From NCBI GenBank assembly GCA_951406725.2, contig OX597819.1:103354001-103418000 (forward strand): a DNA stretch of 64,000 bases, in the 5' to 3' direction. This DNA is from Octopus vulgaris (lineage: Eukaryota). Positions 11,527 to 25,888 of this stretch are shown piece by piece; the first letter of the stretch is position 1, and the number at the start of each line of letters is the position of its first letter. Position numbers and translations under genes: made by a program. The notes under the pieces are model-generated. The model was not told where the DNA came from and did no database searches. It saw only the letters and a program-made list of their open reading frames with translations.

Positions 11527-14500
11527 TGGCGCCGTCAACATCGGACGTGTAGGTACAGAGGACCGTTTAAAAAGTCTGTTTTGAACGCCTTCCCCTAGAA
11601 ATATGCCGACTTCTCTAGCCTAAATTGATAACTGGTTTATTTCTCCATTAATTAATTAGAGAACACCTTTTACTCGCCATCGTAGCGCTATCCTGAACAG
11701 ATTTTAAAATATACATATACACCACGTGGAATTTTGTTAACACGATTATGGCTGTAATTAGCACCACCACAAATGAAACTAACAACGTCACCACCCATGG
11801 AAACAGAACTACTTCACCAGTAAGTTATTTAAGAAGGCGTAAGTACTCTTCGCATTTTACTTGGACTCAACAACTAAACCAGGATCTACTTCGGTGCTAT
11901 ACAAAAGCCCGAGATGACCCTTCAATCGGATACATGAAGCGGTTAAAACAATACTGGAACGAAGCTCATCCCAACTTAAATACCTTCACGGCGAAACAGC
12001 TCCGACAAGAAGTATCTTTTGTAAAAAACAATTCACCTGATCCTCGATCCTCCCAAAACATTGGGTCAAAATTTGCCAGAAGAAGCGTAAAAAATAATGT
12101 AAACAAATCACCGCTCCCGCCATCGCTAAATTCGAGAGTATTCCAGTGGAATACATCCAACTCAAAAACATTTTAAAATTAAAATCCGACGGATCTAATT
12201 TTTAAAGTTATCAATGATGTTCCTGGAGAGAACATGGAATCAGGTTATGTTAATTACTGGAAAATCAATACTGTGATATACAAAGCCGATATTACTCTTA
12301 AAGAACATTTTGGAGAAATCTACAGTGAACAAAGTAATCAAATTACTAAACGGAAAACTTGAAGAAAACATCAACAATGTGTGCCGTCATATTGGATGGT
12401 TAACTACAACAATAAAGTGTAAGGAGAGATATGAGTTTACACCTCACCAACTCACCTTAGACAAAAATTGATGAAACCTTATGGCGACTCTTCACACCGA
12501 GCTCTTGAGGGTAAGCTAATAACTTTAATACATGAACTCAGGACGATGAGCGAGAAACTCCGCTATCACAAGCGAATTTTTGAGCGAACCAGTATCAATC
12601 GCAAGTTTGCTTCCAACCCACAAGCATTGTACTTAGAGATGAGGAAGGAAAATATTACCGTTAAGAAATCCCCTTCCTAAGAAGATCTACAATCATTCTG
12701 GCCAAAAACTTGGAGTGAAAAGAGGGATTTCAACCTGGATGCATTATGGTTAAAAACAACAGAGAGAATACTGTACCAACAATAACAGTAAAACACAAAA
12801 AATTGATGCAGTAACCTTCGCTATAGTAGTAGGCAAACTGCAGAATGAGGAGGCACCTGGGAGGGACCTAATAGTTGGATATTGGTACAAGAAGTTGACA
12901 TTTTATAGAAACCAATCGATATGTACATTCAAAAGGACTGATATACCACATTGATTTGCTACAGCAAGTACAAATCTTGTTGCCGAGATGGCAGGAAACT
13001 ATAGGCCCATTGCTTACCTAAACATTATGTGCAAACTTTACGTAAGTTGCCTCAACCAATTCTTCCAGGACCATTGTGAGTCGAACAGCATTGTGATTGA
13101 TGAACAGGCTGGTGGAAAGAAGGGAGTGTGGAGATGTGCTGAACAACTTTTAATAAACAAAGCTGAACTAAGAAAATAAACTTGTGACTGTATGCCTTGA
13201 CTATAAGAAGTCATTCGACTCTATTCCTCATTCACAGCTGTTGAAGTGCCTATGTCTGGCACAGGTACCTACTACATTAATTGTTGCGATAGAGAGACTC
13301 ACAAAGACATGGACAACTATTCTTACCTTTACAACTTTGAACAGAATAATTGTTTCTGATAGTATAGGCATTACAAAGGGAATATTCCAGGGAGAGTCTT
13401 TCTGTACTTCTTTTCATTTTGGCACTGAATCTATTATCATTTCTACTGCAGAAAGCAAATTGTAGCATGCTAAGATCTTCAACCGCCAGAAATATCAATG
13501 TAACTCATAATTTCTTTGTAGAAAACCTCAACATTTTTGCTAAAAGTGTTGGCAATGTCAAAAAGCAACTGGAATTAATAACATAGGTGATATAGGCATG
13601 GAATTTGGCCAAAAGAAACGTTCACATTTGGTTATAGAACGAGGAAAGTCAGTCTCCCAACCCCAAAACTGTGAATCAACTGACTCTCTATCTTACCCCA
13701 TTCCACATAAAGAATGTTACAAGTACGTAGGCATAGACGAAAATGTATGATGTGAAGGCACTGTGAATAAAAATAGAGTGACCCGAGAATATTACACCAG
13801 ACTTAGGAAAATATGGCAGTCAGAACTCTCCTCTTACAACAAAATAATATCCCACAATGCATTTGCAGTACTAGGGCTGATTCCAACATTTGGAATACTT
13901 GATTGGTCTGTAGAGGAAATCCACTCCATAGATATCAAAATCGGCGAAATACTGACAACTGGGACCTTCTACAGAAACAGTGATGCTGACAGGCTCTACC
14001 TAAGAAGAAATGAAGGTGGTAAAGGCCTGAGATCAATGCAGACGGTCTTCGAATGCTGTATGGTATCACTCATGCAGCATATGCTATACAACAGCAGCAA
14101 AAATAAATATATTAATGCAGTCTTGAAATGTTAAGTGAGCAAAATTGTACGAGTTGGCAGTGAACTCCTCAAGAAACACCCTCTTCCTGGTGATCTCCTA
14201 TACAGCCCCAAAACAACTGGGTTCTCTTACCCTAGAGAATACCTGGATGGAAAGCACTCACATGCAAAAGAAAAAAAGACCATGCATGGGTATGTTGCCT
14301 CGAAGCTTGAAGAAGACAGTAGAATTTACCCAAGACCACTGCATCACGTCACGATTTGAAGGTTATGTGTTTGCAATCCACGAACAAGAGATTGCCACAA
14401 AGTGTTTGATGAACAAGAGAGACAGTGACGCTTTTGTAATCCCAAGGTGCAACCGCATGTGTAGGCTATGTCATGTTTCTGTGGAAGACATTAGGCATGT

Positions 14501-15095
14501 CATTAGCGGCTGTCCTAAAATGTCGTCACGGTTCAACCTCCTATGCAGCACGATGTTGTTGCTAAAACAATGTACAATGCCATTCGCAAAAAAGACTCTG
14601 TTATGGACACATTCATAAACACCAACTTAAGGAATACTGGTGGAATATTCCCATAAAGACTTCTGTCAAATGTAAGCATAACATGCTCGATATTGTTGTT
14701 TGGGAGAGAGGGGCAAAGATATGTACCATCATAGACGTTAGCTACCCTGCAAATATAAATATCTCCTTGAAGAGGATATCTAAGGAAAACTGCTTCGAAA
14801 CCTCCAGCTTCTATGTTCAGACAATGAATTCATATTCATACCAAAATAAATGGAGCACTAGGTTTTGTTAGTAAATACTTAAAGGAGAATCTGGATAAAC
14901 TAGGATTTTCAGAAAGAGAAACTGACCGGTTGATTTGTAGATTACAAGTGCAGTCTGTGAGTGGAACAGTAATAATATGCAAGACTTTTCTCAAGTTCCA
15001 AATATGAATTTGTCTGTGTTAACTACATCCCAAAAGTGGAGCATAGTATATTTGATGGAGACCAGCTACCTCCTCAGTGGAAGATTTGTAATAAT
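11527..15095 (+). mobile_element. Near full-length decayed R4/Dong-type non-LTR retrotransposon (RT + CCHC + restriction-like endonuclease)
   Basis: Collinear broken ORF 11748-15007: WTQQLNQDLLRCY..GYMKRL..W, NYRPIAYLN, EQAGGKKG, LDYKKSFDSIPH, GIFQGES, CRLC..EDIRHVISGC, DIVVWE..IIDVSYP; TAA-rich flanks. Confidence 0.92.
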
Positions 15096-16534
15096 TAAAA
15101 AAATTACAAGAGTCATACGTACATTTAAACGGACGGAATATTAGTGGGAACGTTTCCATCAAAGGCTGAGTTATATAGAGACGAAATAGATCTGATGAGC
15201 AACGTTGTGTATTGTTATCGGAGTCAGTTGCTCCGCAAATAGGAAGATTTCAGTAAATATAGGTAACTAAACAATTTTAATGGAGAGCTATATCGCAACT
15301 TATGTCGCCCCTGTTGAGATGATAAAATTTTATTTGTACTCATAACCATTAGTTCAGTTGGTTATATTATTGAAGTACTGTAATAATAACATGAAAAAAC
15401 TGCGGTCGAAGACACTAAAACGGTTAAAAGAACTCGTTAACACACATACAGCAAATTCAATTTGTAAACATGGCAGCAGAAATATGCAAAAGTATTCCAA
15501 AATTTAACATGTAATTCATTAGTGCGGTTGGTAGCTGAATTCCAGCGACGTAGCATGCATTTTTGTTAGAAATAAAACAGTTCTCTTTTTTTTTTATTAT
15601 TTGAAGAATCTAGAAAATTAAGATAGAAATTCAACACACACACATACAAATATATATACATATATATATTCTCAGAAAAATACCGCCTCATTAATCTGTT
15701 TCGGTGTATTCATATCAAAATAGCAGGGTATTGCATAGATTAAATGTTTTATAACATAACTCTGAACGTATAATTTTACAATGTCGCATTTGTAAGAGGC
15801 TGTTGGAATCCCCTGCAGCAAAAACAACAGATTTTCTTGCTCATTCTAGCTATATGATTCTATGTACTTTAGTGTGTGAAATATCAATTGAAAATGAGAT
15901 TTAGAAGCATTTTATATTAAAGGAAATTGTGCCACGCTTCAGTCCAACATCCCTATATTAGTTTGTGCATATGTGCATGAGAAGGTGAATTAATGCGTAT
16001 TTGTATATGAATCGTGTTTCACTCTGTATTGTCTGTGTGTGAGTATCTGTATATGTGTATGTATATGTATGTATGCATGTGTGTATGTAAGTATAAATAT
16101 ATGTATATATGTCTCTGTGTATGTGTGCTTCAATACGCCTTTGTATTTCAATGCGTATTGTTGGGATTCCATATATATGTGTCCCGTTGTCTAAGTATAT
16201 GACCTTGTTTGTTCTTGTGCACGTGTTTGTGTGTGTGAACTAGCGTGCGTCTGTGAATGTGTTTGTTTGTATGTGTTACAGGCTGCCGGGGAATTGTAAT
16301 ATCTCCCCTCACGCCGCCACACTCATTGCAGACATCTTCAAGCCCACATGTTTAATCGAAGCCCCATGTGGGAGTTTCCATTACATTCTGTTGCCTGCGT
16401 GAAACTGTAAAGATATTTGAAGAACGTTTGCAAGCATTGATTACAGGTGTAAAGTAGATAGAGATAATGATGATAGGAATATGATAGCGGTAAGACATAG
16501 ATGGGTGGGGGGGAGAACACACAGGGTGGAAGAT

Positions 16535-17245
16535 AATGAGAAAGGAAGAATTTAAAGAAGGAAACGAAGAAACAAAGAAAGAAAGACAGAAAACAGAAAG
16601 AACGTGAGAAAGAAAGAAGGAAAAAAGAAAGAAGAACAAGAGAAAGAAAAAAAAACTAAGAAAAAAGGAATGAAAGAGAGAAAGAAAGAAAGACAGAAAG
16701 AAAGAAAGACAGAAAGAAAGAAAGACAGAAAGAAAGAAAGAAAGGAAAAAGGAGAAAGAGAGAAAGACAGAAAGACAGAAAACAGAAAGCGAGAAAGAAA
16801 GAGGAAAAGGGAGAAAACAGAAAATGAGAAAGAAAGAGGGAAAGAGAGAAATAAAGAAAGAAAGAAAGTGGGAAAGAGAGAAAGAAAGGGGAAAAGAATT
16901 AAGAGAGAAAAAATTAAGAAAGAAAGAAAGAAACGATAGAAACAAAGGCAGAAAGAAAAAAAGAAACGAGAGAATGAAAGAAACGAAAGAAATAAACGTG
17001 AGAAAGAAAGAATGAAGGAAAGAAAGAAAGAAAGAATGAATGAAAGAAAGTACGTGAGAAAGAAAGAAAGAAAGAAAGAGAGAATGAGGGAAAGAACAAG
17101 AGAAAGAAAGAACGAGAGAAAGAAAGAATGGTAAAAGAAAGAATGAAAGATAGATAAAAATAAAGAAAGAGAGTAAGAACGAGACAAAAGAAGGAATAAA
17201 AGATGCAGAAAGGAGAATAGTGAAATATGACATAAAGAAAAGGCA
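16535..17245. repeat. Degenerate (GAAA)n polypurine tract
   Basis: About 700 bp almost exclusively A/G on the + strand. Confidence 0.9.
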
Positions 17246-17414
17246 AAATATATTTTAAGAAGTGTAGAGTGTAGTGGATGGAAGACATATTTGGACAAGG
17301 AAAATGAAAAAAAAATGTAGAGAAGAGAAATAAGATGCTAGAAATAACAGCGATTTAAGACCAAGAAGGCTAACTAGCAAACTGTCGGTCTGCCTCTCAG
17401 TCTATTTAATCTTC

Positions 17415-17502
<88 letters not shown>

Positions 17503-17545
17503 GGATAGATAGATATGTACATATGTGCGTATATATATATATATG

Positions 17546-17643
<98 letters not shown>

Positions 17644-17716
17644 CATATATGCACCTGTACATATATATACACCTATATATATATATGTATATAATGTATA
17701 CATATATGTATATATA

Positions 17717-17779
<63 letters not shown>

Positions 17780-18292
17780 ATGTGTCTATGTACACACGTA
17801 CATGGATGAATGGATGCATGCATATATATTTATTATATCAAGATTAGCTCTCTATTCCGTGTTTCAACCATGGCTAGGTTGTTCAGAACTGAAGGTCCTT
17901 GGTAAATGTGAAACTCACAAAAAACCATCAACGATATGATAAATGTCTAACTATCGACACTATACAGAACATATTAAGTTCTATTCTAGATAATGTTTGC
18001 AGCATGTAAAACATAATTAATTTCTTCTGTCACCCCATTCCTCTCATTACTGTTATAAAAATTATCTAATGTTCAAGTTCATCCAATACTAGACATTATG
18101 TTTATCCGTTCTGTGATGACTGCATGGTTCATAAATTATATGAAGGTCTATTGGATCGCATATGTTTTGGTGCATACGATGTATACATACACATTTACAC
18201 AAAAACACACGCACATACGTGTGTGTGTGTGTGTGTATGTATACAACGTTTCAAATTTTTGTACGAGGAAGAAAAAGTAAGGAAATGAAAAT

Positions 18293-18457
18293 GAGTAGGT
18301 GTGGCTTTGTGGCAGGAAGTTTGCTTCCCATCGACATGAAACCACATGGTTCCTGGTTCAGTCCCACCGCGCTGCACCTTGAGCAAATGTCTTCTACTAT
18401 AGCGTCCGGCCGACCAAACTTTGTGAGTGGATTTGCTAGACAGAGGCTGAACGAAAC

Positions 18458-18514
<57 letters not shown>

Positions 18515-19138
18515 TATTTATTGCCAAGCTAACGTAGCAGCCCAGAGACATTGGACCAATGCTGCTGTTGATCAGATCCAAGATGCAATCGCCTGTAGCT
18601 AGCTATATGACGCCCAAATCTGCATACACATTGATAACGGGCAACTACTCCGAAACCGTTCAGTGGTTGCCAAGCCAGTAAGTGGGAGTTTATGAGCTCC
18701 CCTGTTTGTAAGGTTATGGATGCAGATTTGTGCGTCATATGGCTAGCTAGAAGTAAACGCCTCTCGGAGCTAATCGACAGCAGCATTCGTCCTAATTCTC
18801 TGGGCTACCACGTTAGTTTGGCAATGAATATCAATACCCAGTATTGCTGCTGTATCTCTTCTTCAGAGAGATTTAGAAATTATAACATTTCTGTTATATA
18901 TATATATATGTATAATGTGTGTGTGTGGTTGTGTCTGTCTGTGTGTGTGTCTGTGTGTGTGTGTCTATATAGTTGTGTTTGTCCCTGCTGTCGCTTGCGG
19001 CAAAAAGATATCGATAGTATGAATAGCAAGCTTAAAAGAAAATAAGTATTAGGGTCAATTTGCTTGAACTAAATTTCTTCAAAGCTGTGCCCCAGCATAG
19101 CCGCAGTCCAGTGACTGGCACAAGTTCAGGATAAAAGT
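18293..19138 (+). mobile_element. SINE family A interrupted by a palindromic insert
   Basis: Head at 18293-18462 and tail at about 18950-19138, with foreign sequence in the central microsatellite. Confidence 0.75.
18513..18831. repeat. Imperfect long inverted repeat (about 120 bp arms)
   Basis: ATTGCCAAGCTAACGTAGCAGCCCAGAGA vs TCTCTGGGCTACCACGTTAGTTTGGCAAT; TAGCTAGCTATATGACGCCCAAATCTGCAT vs ATGCAGATTTGTGCGTCATATGGCTAGCTA. Confidence 0.85.
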
Positions 19139-19211
19139 TAAATAATTTTAGACTTATTCAGAAACAATAAATCATAATATATACGTCGGACAATACAAAT
19201 ATAGTTTTTTA

Positions 19212-19610
19212 TGGCGACGAGCTGGCAGAAACTTTAGCACGCCGGGCGAAATGCGTAGCCGTATTTCGTTTGTCGTTACGTTGTGAGTCCAAATTCCGCC
19301 GAGGTCGACTTTGCCTTTCATCCTTTCGGGGTCGATAAATTAAGTACCAGTTACGCACTGGGGTCGATGTAATCGACTTAATACCTATGTCTGTCCTTGT
19401 TTGTCCCCTCTGTGTTTAGCCCCTTGTGGGTAATAAAGAAATAGGTATTTCGTCTGCCGTTACGTTCTGAGTTCAAATTCCGCCGAGGTCGACTTTGCCT
19501 TTCATCCTTTTGTGGTCAATAAATTAAGTACCAGTTACATACTGGTGTCAGTCTAATCGACTGGCCCCCACTTTCCGAAAAATATCGGGCTTTGTGCCTA
19601 GAAAAGAATA
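19212..19610 (+). mobile_element. SINE family B, full copy followed by a partial tandem copy
   Basis: GAGCTGGCAGAAAC head; GTATTTCGT...AAGTACCAGTTAC block repeated at about 19261 and 19445. Confidence 0.88.
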
Positions 19611-20473
19611 ATACAGCTACAGTTTTTATACTATGAATGCAACACGCTAACAACCGAACCATGTGCCTATGCATAATCAGTTGAAGTACTGGATTGATTA
19701 TTCATTGAATCGATCCCGGAAGAAAACCTGGCAGGTTTTGAACTCTGACCATGAAGAGTCGAAAGAAATATAGCAAAGCATTTTACTTGATGCTCTAACG
19801 AAATAATCTGCTTTCGACCATTCCAAAATCGCCTCTTTAACAACAAGCTTCTATGTGAAATTCACTCAGAATTCCAAGGTCGGTAAAATAAATACCACTG
19901 GAGCACTAGTGTTGATGTAATCGATTTATGCTCTCCCTCTAGACTGCTGGGTTTCTATCGAACGTCAAAGGCATTTCCAGTCTTCTCAGACGTCAAACAA
20001 TTACACCTGCTTGTTGTTCCTTCACCTGTCTTCGTCTTTTGGTTTTCAGTAAATTTGGACTATATATATGTGTGTGTGAGTGTGTTTGTGTGTGTATGTG
20101 TGTGTGTTTAAATGTATATAAAGCGGGAGAGAGAGAGAGACAAAGACAGATAGGTAGACAGACAAAGACAGATATAGAGGAAAATATGTATATGTATAAA
20201 TGAAATGTACCAATACAAAGAAAAATTATATGTAAAAACTGGTCTGAAGAGGTGACGCGGACTCGAGAATATTCAGGAGAAAGCATCGAATATTCTGTTC
20301 TGTAACAGTTCTCGTGAGCAATATTTCTATCAACCTATATCTCTCTCTCTCTCTCTCCCCTCCCTCCCCTCCCTCCCCTCCCTCCCCTCCCTCCCCTCCC
20401 TCCCCTATCACTCTCCTCTCTCTTTCTCCCCCCTCTCTCTCTCTTTCTCTCCCCCCTCTCTCTCTCTTTCTCT

Positions 20474-20519
<46 letters not shown>

Positions 20520-21005
20520 CATATATATATACATATATATATTCACATACACACACATGCATATTTATATACCTACGGGGTGGTGTGTGTGTGTGTGTAA
20601 GTATGTGTGTTCATTTTACATCTGCTGCCTGTCTCTCTATAATTGTAGAATTATGACGTGGCGAAATTTGGACAATACGTTTTCACACTTATTCAGAGAC
20701 GGCTGAGCGTACGTGCGCAAACACACACTCACGTGAATATATTTATATGTGCATTTAAGTATATGAATATATAGATGTCCACATAAACACATACCGGCAA
20801 ATTTCAATACATACATGCACACATAAATACATTGTTTCATATATGTGTGCGCGCGCGTGTGTGTGTGTGTGTGTATGTATATACATACAGACACACATAC
20901 ATACTTGCGTTCATACATAGGAACATGCATATATGCTTACATACATTCATAAATACGCACGTGCATACAGACATATATATATGTATATATATATATACAT
21001 ATATA

Positions 21006-21050
<45 letters not shown>

Positions 21051-21239
21051 GTATGTATATATATATATATACATTACATATATACGTACATATACAGGTA
21101 TACATTCATGTTTGCGCAGATATAAATATATACATATAACATAAATGCACAAACAAATGCATGTATATATATATACATAAATATATATACTCAAACATAC
21201 ATTTATAGGTGCATACATACATACATACACGCACGCACG

Positions 21240-21310
<71 letters not shown>

Positions 21311-22919
21311 TTGTGGCTTTATGCATTCGAAATGGTCATCAAGGGTACCATAGAAAATGGTGAGCGTGTCACTGTTGCAGCTAATATGATGGCCGACTGT
21401 AATATTTATGGTGATACGGCAAATTTTTTTCACCTTTACGACTGGCTACTCAGATGGTCTGGCCAAGCTTATTATTGGCCGTTGTCAAGTCTTTCACACT
21501 TCAACACTATTTCCATCAAGCAATGGGGGCCATTATTATGAACAATATTCTTTAATCGTTTTATACGAAAATTGCCAGACGATAAGTTTTCCACCTCATT
21601 CTCTCCCCTTTCTTTCTCACCCCACCCTTTTCCCTTCTCTCTCTCTCTTTTCCTTCTTTCTCTTTCTCTCCTTTCTCTTCTCTCTGTCTCTCACTCTCTT
21701 ATTCATCTTCCTCTCTTTTTTCCTCTCTCCATCCTAAATGCTTGCTTTTTCTTTTAGTGTTTCTTTTCTGTTTCTTTTCGGTTGTGTTTCTTAATTTTCC
21801 ATTTTCCCTTTTCTGTTCAAATATTCACTCTCCATCAATATATATATTCGAACGTGCGTGTATATCTGCATATATGCAAGTGTGTGTGTGTGTGCGTATA
21901 TGCGTGTGTCTTTGAGTACATGTGTGGGTTTGTGTGAATGTCTATATGTATGCAGTACTTGTGTATGCTTGTATATTTATAAACGTATCGCATACACACA
22001 TATAATATACATGTATATATTCATACATAAACTTACGCACAAACATACATCAATGTGTATGTATGTCCGTGAATATCTGTATTATATATATATATAATTC
22101 ATACATTTACTCACATACACACACGCTTTCCTTCCAGTTACTAACTATATCTCACGACATCCCTATGACATTTAAACTCTCTCTGTCTTTCACTCTGTCT
22201 TTCTCTCTGCCCCTCTCTTCCTTTCTTTCTTCCTTTCTTCCTTTCTCTATCTCTCTTTCCCTCTCTCTCTCTCTCTCTCTCTATCTCTATCTCTCTCTCT
22301 TTCCCATTATCTCTATATATCTTTGTCTCTCTGTTTCTTCACATCTCTCATACTTCCCTTCCTAATTCCGAACTACTTACTTTTTGCCTCTCTCCTCTTT
22401 TTAGCCATTGGTCCTTCCTCTCTCCCTGTGGCTCCCTGCTCTTTTCTTCCTTTCTCACTTTCTCTCTCCCTTTCTCCTTTATACCCTCTCCTGTACACTT
22501 TCTTACACTAACAACATTTTCATTCTTCTCTTCTTTTCTCTCTTTCACGATCTCTCCTTTAATTCTTCCCCTTTCTCGTCTCTCATATAACTTGTAATTG
22601 TCTCCATATTCATTCGCTGGTTCAATCTAAGTTGTATTTCCTCGGTTTTCTCAGAGGCTTCTCCCTTACTAACACTCACGAACAGACTCTATCTCTCCCT
22701 CTCTCTCTCTCCTTTTCTTATTCTACTTACACCTTACTATATATCTTTCATCCTGTTTACCTGCAACTTAATTCTCTCCCTTCTTCCCCCTCTCTCGCTC
22801 CTTTTCTCTCTTTCAATCTTTCTCTCTTCTTTTCTCGTCCTGTATATTACTTTACTATTTCTCTTTATGTTGTCTCTCTTAATCATTGACCATCCATTTA
22901 CAGTCTCATTCTTTCATGT

Positions 22920-22920
22920 T

Positions 22921-22973
<53 letters not shown>

Positions 22974-24140
22974 CTCGCATACACACAGATACTTACACAT
23001 CATGTCAAACATACATATACTTCTCTCTCAAAATTTCTCTCTAACTCTATCTGTCTCTCTGTCTCTCTCTCTCTGCTTATCTTTCTCCGTCTCCCCCTAT
23101 TTCTCTCTGTCACTATATTTCTCTTTCACGCCTCCTCTCCCCAATCTTCATCATTCCCTCCCTCGCTCTCTCTCCCCTAGTTTCTCTTTCCACCACCCTT
23201 TCCCTCTTTTACACCATCTCTTCCCATCGCTTTCTCTATCTCCATCCCTCTTTCTCCATCTGCCTACTTCTCTCCTAGCTCTCGTCCTCTTCTCTCTCAG
23301 TCTCTCTCTCTCTCTCCCTCCCATCTTCATCATTCTTTCCTTCTCTCTCTCTCTTCCAGTGTCTCTCCCCATCACCCTTTCCCTTTTTTACACCATCCCT
23401 TTCTCCATCTCCCCTTCCTCTCTCCTAGCTCATGTCCTCTTCACTCTCTCTTCTCTCTCACTTTCTCCCTCTCTCTCAGTTTCTATCTCTCTCTCCATCA
23501 CTTTCTCCATCTCCCCTTCCTCTTTCCTAGCTCACGTGCTCTTTACTCACTCTCTCTTCCTCTCGCTCAATCTCTATCTCTCTCTCCCTCCCATCTTCAT
23601 CATTCTCTCCTTCTCTCTCTCTCTTCCAGTGTCCCTCCCTATCACCTTTTCCCGTTTTTACACCATCTCTCTCCATCACTTTCTCCACCTCCCCTTCCTC
23701 TCTCCTAGCTCACGTCCTCTTTACTCACTCTCTCTTCCTCCCGCTCAGTCTCTATCTCTCTCTCCCTCCCATCTTCCACATTCTTTCCTTCTCTCTCTCT
23801 CTTCCAGTGTCTCTCCCCATCAACCTTTCCCTTTTTTACACCATCCCTTTCACCATCTCTCCTTCCTCTCTCCTAGCTCATGTCCTCTTCACACTATCTT
23901 CTATCTCACTTTCTCCCTCTCTCTCACTCTCTATCTCTCTCACCCTCCCATCTTCATCATTCTCTCCTTCTCTCTCTTCCAGTGTCTCTCCTCATCACCT
24001 TTTCCCGTTTTTACACCATCTCTCTCCATCACTTTCTCCATCTCCCCTTCCTCTCTCCTAGCTCACGTCTCTTTACTCTCTCTCTCTTCTCTCTCTCCCT
24101 TTCTCTCTCTCCCTCCCTCTCTCTCTCTCTCTCTCTCACG
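22920..24140. repeat. Complex CT-rich minisatellite (about 180-270 bp reiterated units)
   Basis: CCCTCCCATCTTC..CATTCT, CTTCCAGTGTC, TTTTACACCATC and TCCTAGCTCA recur 4-6 times. Confidence 0.85.
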
Positions 24141-24950
24141 CTGTACTCTTGATTGATCTGATTTACATTATTCTTTCTTCCTCTTCTTTCTTCACCTTAC
24201 AGTCCATATGCCCTCACTAACTCCAATCATAATCCTTCTATCACTAAATCTCTTTCTATCTCTTTCCGCCATCTCACACCTTCTCTCTTATCCCATTCAC
24301 TTTATTTTCCTCTTTCACTTATTGTCTCATTTTCCTTCTCTATAACTCTTTATTTTCCTTTTTGCACGTTCAGAAACTCATTCACACTCAACTCGATCGT
24401 TCTTCTCCCTCATTCTTATCTCTTTCATATTCTTTCAAGATTTTACTCTATTGTAGCGTGTGCGTGCGTGGTTGTGTGTGTGTGTGTGAGTGTGTGTGTG
24501 TGTACATGCGCGCGTGTGTGTGTGTGTACATGCGTGTGTGTGTGTCTCACGTACGTTCGCACACTCACACACATACACGTACGCATACGCGCACAAACGC
24601 CAGTATTATAGCACTTAGCCTCATTGCAATTACCACTGCCAACACCACCACCGCCGCCGCCAACACGACCATTGCAGCCACAAGCACCACCACCACCAAC
24701 AACAACAACAACAGCAGCAACAACAATAACACCAACATTACCACCATCACCACCACCTCCGCACCGCCTCCACCGCCATAACCACCATACTAACTTTATA
24801 CGTCCATATGATATATATGTTGTTGAACACAAAGTGACTGTTTCGTCGCAATATGGCCGACAATATCATCTCTTCCCTCTCCAACTGCCATATTCTGTTA
24901 CATACACATAAGCAAGAACGGAGAAACGTGCCTGTACATGCATAAACACA

Positions 24951-25040
<90 letters not shown>

Positions 25041-25538
25041 CACATAAACCCACACACTCACACGCACATGTTTCATGTACTATATATGTGTATATGTGAA
25101 TCTGTGTACATGCATACATGCAGTTTTACTCCGTTAAAACTCCGAGTTATACACATACACACGCACATATATATGCATACATGCACTCCCATATGCTCAC
25201 GTACACATGCGCTCACACAAACAACCACACACCCACACACACACATATATATTTATATATGTAGAGAGAGAGAGAGAGAGCTGTGCATTTGTGTATATGT
25301 TTATATGTATAAGATGTTTCCACTCAAAGTCTGTCAGTTATGGCAAACCCCACCACAAACTATTTCCCCAACCTACTGACGTCACAGGGGACCATTCAAA
25401 GCAATAAATTTTTCACCCTAATAGTTATTAGTATTCATTTCATTTCCTTAGCTCATAACTTGCTTTATCACCGTTAGAGAAGCAAAGACTTCTCTCCAGC
25501 ACTGCGAATTTCTGCCGCTTCAAGTGTGTGAGCTCATA

Positions 25539-25628
<90 letters not shown>

Positions 25629-25775
25629 CATATATATATATATATATATGTATGTATATATACATATATATATATATATGCATATATGTATATACCCATA
25701 ACATATATATGTATATTTACATTTATATAAATATACATGAATATGTATATACAAATATATACATATACACACACA

Positions 25776-25841
<66 letters not shown>

Positions 25842-25857
25842 CAGACACACACACACT

Positions 25858-25888
<31 letters not shown>

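Noticed and set aside
15190-15245. CTGATGA followed by a GCAAC...GTTGC stem
   Set aside because: No GAAA directly after the stem and no stem I or III
16278-16450. Possible exon after TGTTACAG
   Set aside because: The frames I read hit stops or gave no recognisable protein, and there is no convincing donor site
20248-20330. CTGAAGA near a hairpin
   Set aside because: Could not assemble GAAA, UH and stem I in register
22867-24156. 429-aa ORF
   Set aside because: A CT-rich minisatellite lacks stop codons by composition
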